From Candidatus Acidiferrum sp. (GTDB lineage Bacteria; Pseudomonadota; Alphaproteobacteria; Dongiales; Dongiaceae), in contig DATIXH010000347.1 in the NCBI GenBank assembly GCA_035518775.1, positions 1-27,965 on the forward strand: a stretch of 27,965 bases of DNA, written 5' to 3'. Positions 25,573-27,965 of this stretch are shown in pieces (within the stretch, counting starts at the first letter, position 1; every line of letters starts with the position of its first letter). The position numbers and the translations under genes were made by a program. The notes beneath the pieces were generated by a model, which did no database searches, had not been told where the DNA came from, and saw nothing but the letters and a program-made list of their open reading frames with translations.

Positions 25573-26280
25573 CTAAGGCTCCAGCACGCAGTTGACGGCC
25601 AGTTCCGGCATCGTCGCCTCATTGGGCAGGGCGATGGCGAGGGCGGCGAGCGTGGCGATGGTTTCGGGCGGCGTCATGGACGCAGACGGGAAATTGGCGT
25701 CGGCCGTCATGTCGGTGGCGACGTAGCCGGGGCAGATCGCGGTGGCGCGGATGCCATGCGGCCAGCCGCTGTGGCGGACGCCGCGGATGAGGGCGACCAG
25801 GGCGAACTTGCTCATGGCATAGCCGGTCATGGTGGCGCCCTTCACGCGCTTGCCGGACATCGAGGCGATGCCGACGATGCGGCCCGCGCCGGTCGCCTTG
25901 AGGTGGGGGAAGGCGGCGTGGATCAGGCGCCACGGGCCCTTCGCATTGACATCCCACATGGCGTCGAGGTCGGCCTCGGTGCCGGTCTCGATATCGGCAT
26001 CGAGGGCGATGCCGGCGTTGGCGACGACGGCGTCGATCCGCCCGAAGCGGGCCATCGTGGCGGCGACCCAGTCCTGGGCGCTCTTGGCCGTGCGCGCGTC
26101 ATATGTCGCGACCAGCAGGCGATCGGCCTCCATGCCGCGGGCCGCCTCGTCGGCGGCGGGCGACGGCCGCATGCCCAGGCTCAGGCGATAGCCGTCGTCA
26201 TAGAGACGGCGCGCGATCGCCCGGCCGATGCCGCGGCTGGCGCCGGAAATCATCACCACCCGTTCTAGTGCGGACAGCAT
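25573..26280 (-). CDS. Short-chain dehydrogenase/reductase (SDR)
   Basis: Real gene inside the 740-aa ORF 25573..27795, whose N-terminal 500 aa are Arg-rich mirror sequence. ATG at 26280 with an AGGAGG RBS. Motifs ISGASRGIGRA, NAG (ANAGI) and YxxxK (YAMSK). 235 aa. Confidence 0.85.
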   Translation of the reverse strand: MLSALERVVMISGASRGIGRAIARRLYDDGYRLSLGMRPSPAADEAARGMEADRLLVATYDARTAKSAQDWVAATMARFGRIDAVVANAGIALDADIETGTEADLDAMWDVNAKGPWRLIHAAFPHLKATGAGRIVGIASMSGKRVKGATMTGYAMSKFALVALIRGVRHSGWPHGIRATAICPGYVATDMTADANFPSASMTPPETIATLAALAIALPNEATMPELAVNCVLEP

Positions 26281-26367
26281 TGCGACGGTCCTCCTGGTTT
26301 CCTGGGCCGCGAAGCGCGCTCGAGATCCGCGCAGTCTACGCGCAGCCGCCGGCAGTTCCAGGCGCCA

Positions 26368-27207
26368 TTGAACTTGGCGGCGCAATCGGCTTTGCTCGGC
26401 GCCGCCATGCAACCGCTCGACAACTTTCCCGTGGCGGCGCGGCGACGCATCCGCGGCGTCCTCGCCGACATCGACGATACCCTCACCACCGACGGCAAGC
26501 TGACGGCCGACGCCTATGGCGCGCTCGAGCGGCTGCAGGCGGCGGGGTTCCTGGTGGTGCCCATCACCGGCCGGCCGGCCGGCTGGTGCGACCACATCGC
26601 GCGCATGTGGCCGGTCGACGCGGTGGTGGGCGAGAACGGTGCGTTCTATTTCCGCTACGACGCGGCGGCGCGCAAGCTGGTGAAGCGGTTCCTGGTACCG
26701 GCCGAGGAGCGGGCCGCCAATCGCCGGCGGCTGGAGGCGGTGCGCGACCGCATCCTGGCGGCGGTGCCGGGCGCGGCCCTGGCCTCGGACCAGCTCTATC
26801 GCGAGGCCGATCTGGCCATCGATTTCCGCGAGGACGTGGCGGAGCTGCCGCCCGCCGCGATCGACCGCATCGTCTCGCTGTTCGGCGAGGCCGGCGCGAC
26901 CGCCAAGGTCAGCTCCATCCACGTCAACGGCTGGTTCGGCAGCTACGACAAGCTGGGCATGACGCGCATCCTGCTGCAGGAATGCTTCGGCATCGATCTC
27001 GACGCGCGACGCGACGAGTTCGTGTTCGCCGGCGATTCCCCCAACGATGCGCCGATGTTCGCGTTCTTCCCGAACGCGGTCGGAGTCGCGAATGTCACCG
27101 ACTTCGCAGATCGTCTGAGCGCCCTGCCCGCCTATGTCACGCGCAGCCGCTGCGGCGCCGGCTTCGTCGAACTGGCGGACGCGCTGATCGCGGCGCGCGC
27201 CGCGTAG
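26368..27207 (+). CDS. HAD-superfamily hydrolase, subfamily IIB (Cof/sugar-phosphate phosphatase-like)
   Basis: 279-aa ORF (TTG start; alternative ATG at 26407). Motif I DIDDTLT, motif III K..., motif IV GDSPND, and a Cof-type cap insertion. Confidence 0.8.
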   Translation: MNLAAQSALLGAAMQPLDNFPVAARRRIRGVLADIDDTLTTDGKLTADAYGALERLQAAGFLVVPITGRPAGWCDHIARMWPVDAVVGENGAFYFRYDAAARKLVKRFLVPAEERAANRRRLEAVRDRILAAVPGAALASDQLYREADLAIDFREDVAELPPAAIDRIVSLFGEAGATAKVSSIHVNGWFGSYDKLGMTRILLQECFGIDLDARRDEFVFAGDSPNDAPMFAFFPNAVGVANVTDFADRLSALPAYVTRSRCGAGFVELADALIAARAA

Positions 27208-27294
27208 GACTGAAATCCCGTTGGCTGATATGGCCCCCACCCTGACCCTCCCCCACTTCGTGGAGGAGGGGACTCGATCTTTCGGGCTGTCCGT

Positions 27295-27965
27295 TTGACC
27301 ACACCGGGCCGCACCGGCTTTCTCGCCGCCGAGGGGTATGAGCAGCAGCTGCGGGAGGAGCTGGGCGAGGATCGGGTCGTGGCGGCGCATGGGCGGCTGC
27401 TGCTGGTCGAGGGCGAGGCGCCGCCGGCGGCGTGGGCGGCGAACGTCTGGCATGATCCGCAGACAATCGCCGTCGCCTCGATCGCCGATGCCGCCAAGAA
27501 GCTGCGCGCGCTGCAGCGCAACTGGGCGCTCTATGCCTGCCGGCTGCATCGGCGGGCCCGGCTGATCCAGGAGCAGCTGCCGCATGTGAGCGCGAAGCCG
27601 CTGGTCTTTCCGCAGCCGGCGCCGACGGCGCCGCTGGGCTCGTGGACGCTGCTCGACGAGGCCACCCTCCTGGCGGCGCCGCACTGCTCGAGCCCCTTCC
27701 CCAACGGCGAGGCGCAGTTCGTCGAGGACAAGACGGCGCCCCCCAACCGGGCCTATCTGAAGCTCTGGGAGGCCCTGACCGTGCTCGGCCGCCATCCCGG
27801 GCCGGGCGAGCGCTGCCTCGATCTCGGCAGCAGCCCCGGCGGCTGGACCTGGGTCCTGCAGTCCCTCGGCGCCCGCGTGGTCAGCGTGGACAAGGCGCCG
27901 CTGGCGCCGGAGATCGCCGCCTTGGCGGGGGTGGAATTCCGGCAGGCGAGCGCCTTCGCGCTCGA
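27295..27965 (+). CDS. RlmM-like (FtsJ/RrmJ-fold) SAM-dependent rRNA 2'-O-methyltransferase, 5' partial (runs off the window)
   Basis: Open frame with no stop to the window end. N-terminus GRTGFLAAEGYEQ resembles the RlmM THUMP-like start. SAM motif LKLWEAL...LDLGSSPGGWTW matches the RlmM/FtsJ motif I. The start (TTG 27295) is uncertain. Confidence 0.5.
   Translation, partial: MTTPGRTGFLAAEGYEQQLREELGEDRVVAAHGRLLLVEGEAPPAAWAANVWHDPQTIAVASIADAAKKLRALQRNWALYACRLHRRARLIQEQLPHVSAKPLVFPQPAPTAPLGSWTLLDEATLLAAPHCSSPFPNGEAQFVEDKTAPPNRAYLKLWEALTVLGRHPGPGERCLDLGSSPGGWTWVLQSLGARVVSVDKAPLAPEIAALAGVEFRQASAFAL

Noticed and set aside
25573-27795. 740-aa minus-strand ORF
   Set aside because: Only the last 235 codons (25573..26280) form a real SDR with its own ATG and AGGAGG RBS. 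The upstream 500 codons are Arg-rich antisense readthrough of the HAD and RlmM genes.

Overview
This is a 27,965-bp high-GC window (roughly 62-68% GC outside a few AT-richer islands). Gene content and codon usage look like an alphaproteobacterial, Rhizobiales-type chromosome, but this guess is made by eye only. About 24 credible protein genes are present. Left third: a CysK-like PLP enzyme; a class III adenylate/guanylate cyclase with a TPR tail, preceded by a low-GC ORFan; a truncated amidohydrolase stub; a secreted hypothetical protein; and a SulP sulfate permease. Middle: a GntR(FCD)-regulated acyl-CoA ligase placed divergently from a three-gene polar amino-acid ABC importer. Next comes a decayed genomic-island edge: a low-GC SDR gene, a DDE transposase remnant, a tyrosine integrase, and a 3' fragment of a tRNA-Arg(CCU)-like gene with its native terminator, which looks like an attR. 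Further right: a TerC gene translationally coupled to a Zn-ribbon protein with an RD-rich tail; about 1 kb of structured, gene-poor DNA; phosphomannomutase; GalE; a small secreted protein; and two tandem aberrant tRNA-like elements. After those: an SPFH/band-7 protein; a sensor-less histidine kinase translationally coupled to an AhpC/TSA-like plus 2OG-Fe(II) oxygenase fusion protein, with a triplicated ~28-nt repeat in the leader of that operon; a second SDR; a HAD-IIB hydrolase; and the 5' part of an RlmM-like methyltransferase. My best candidate for an undescribed system is the oxygenase/redoxin-fusion plus orphan kinase operon, together with its repeat-bearing leader. The tandem tRNA-like pair and the island remnant come next. 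Many long ORFs in the six-frame track are antisense mirror ORFs of the real genes, typical of high-GC DNA, and were discarded. All coordinates were derived by hand from the ORF track and the sequence and may be off by a nucleotide where I re-assigned starts. No database search was possible.
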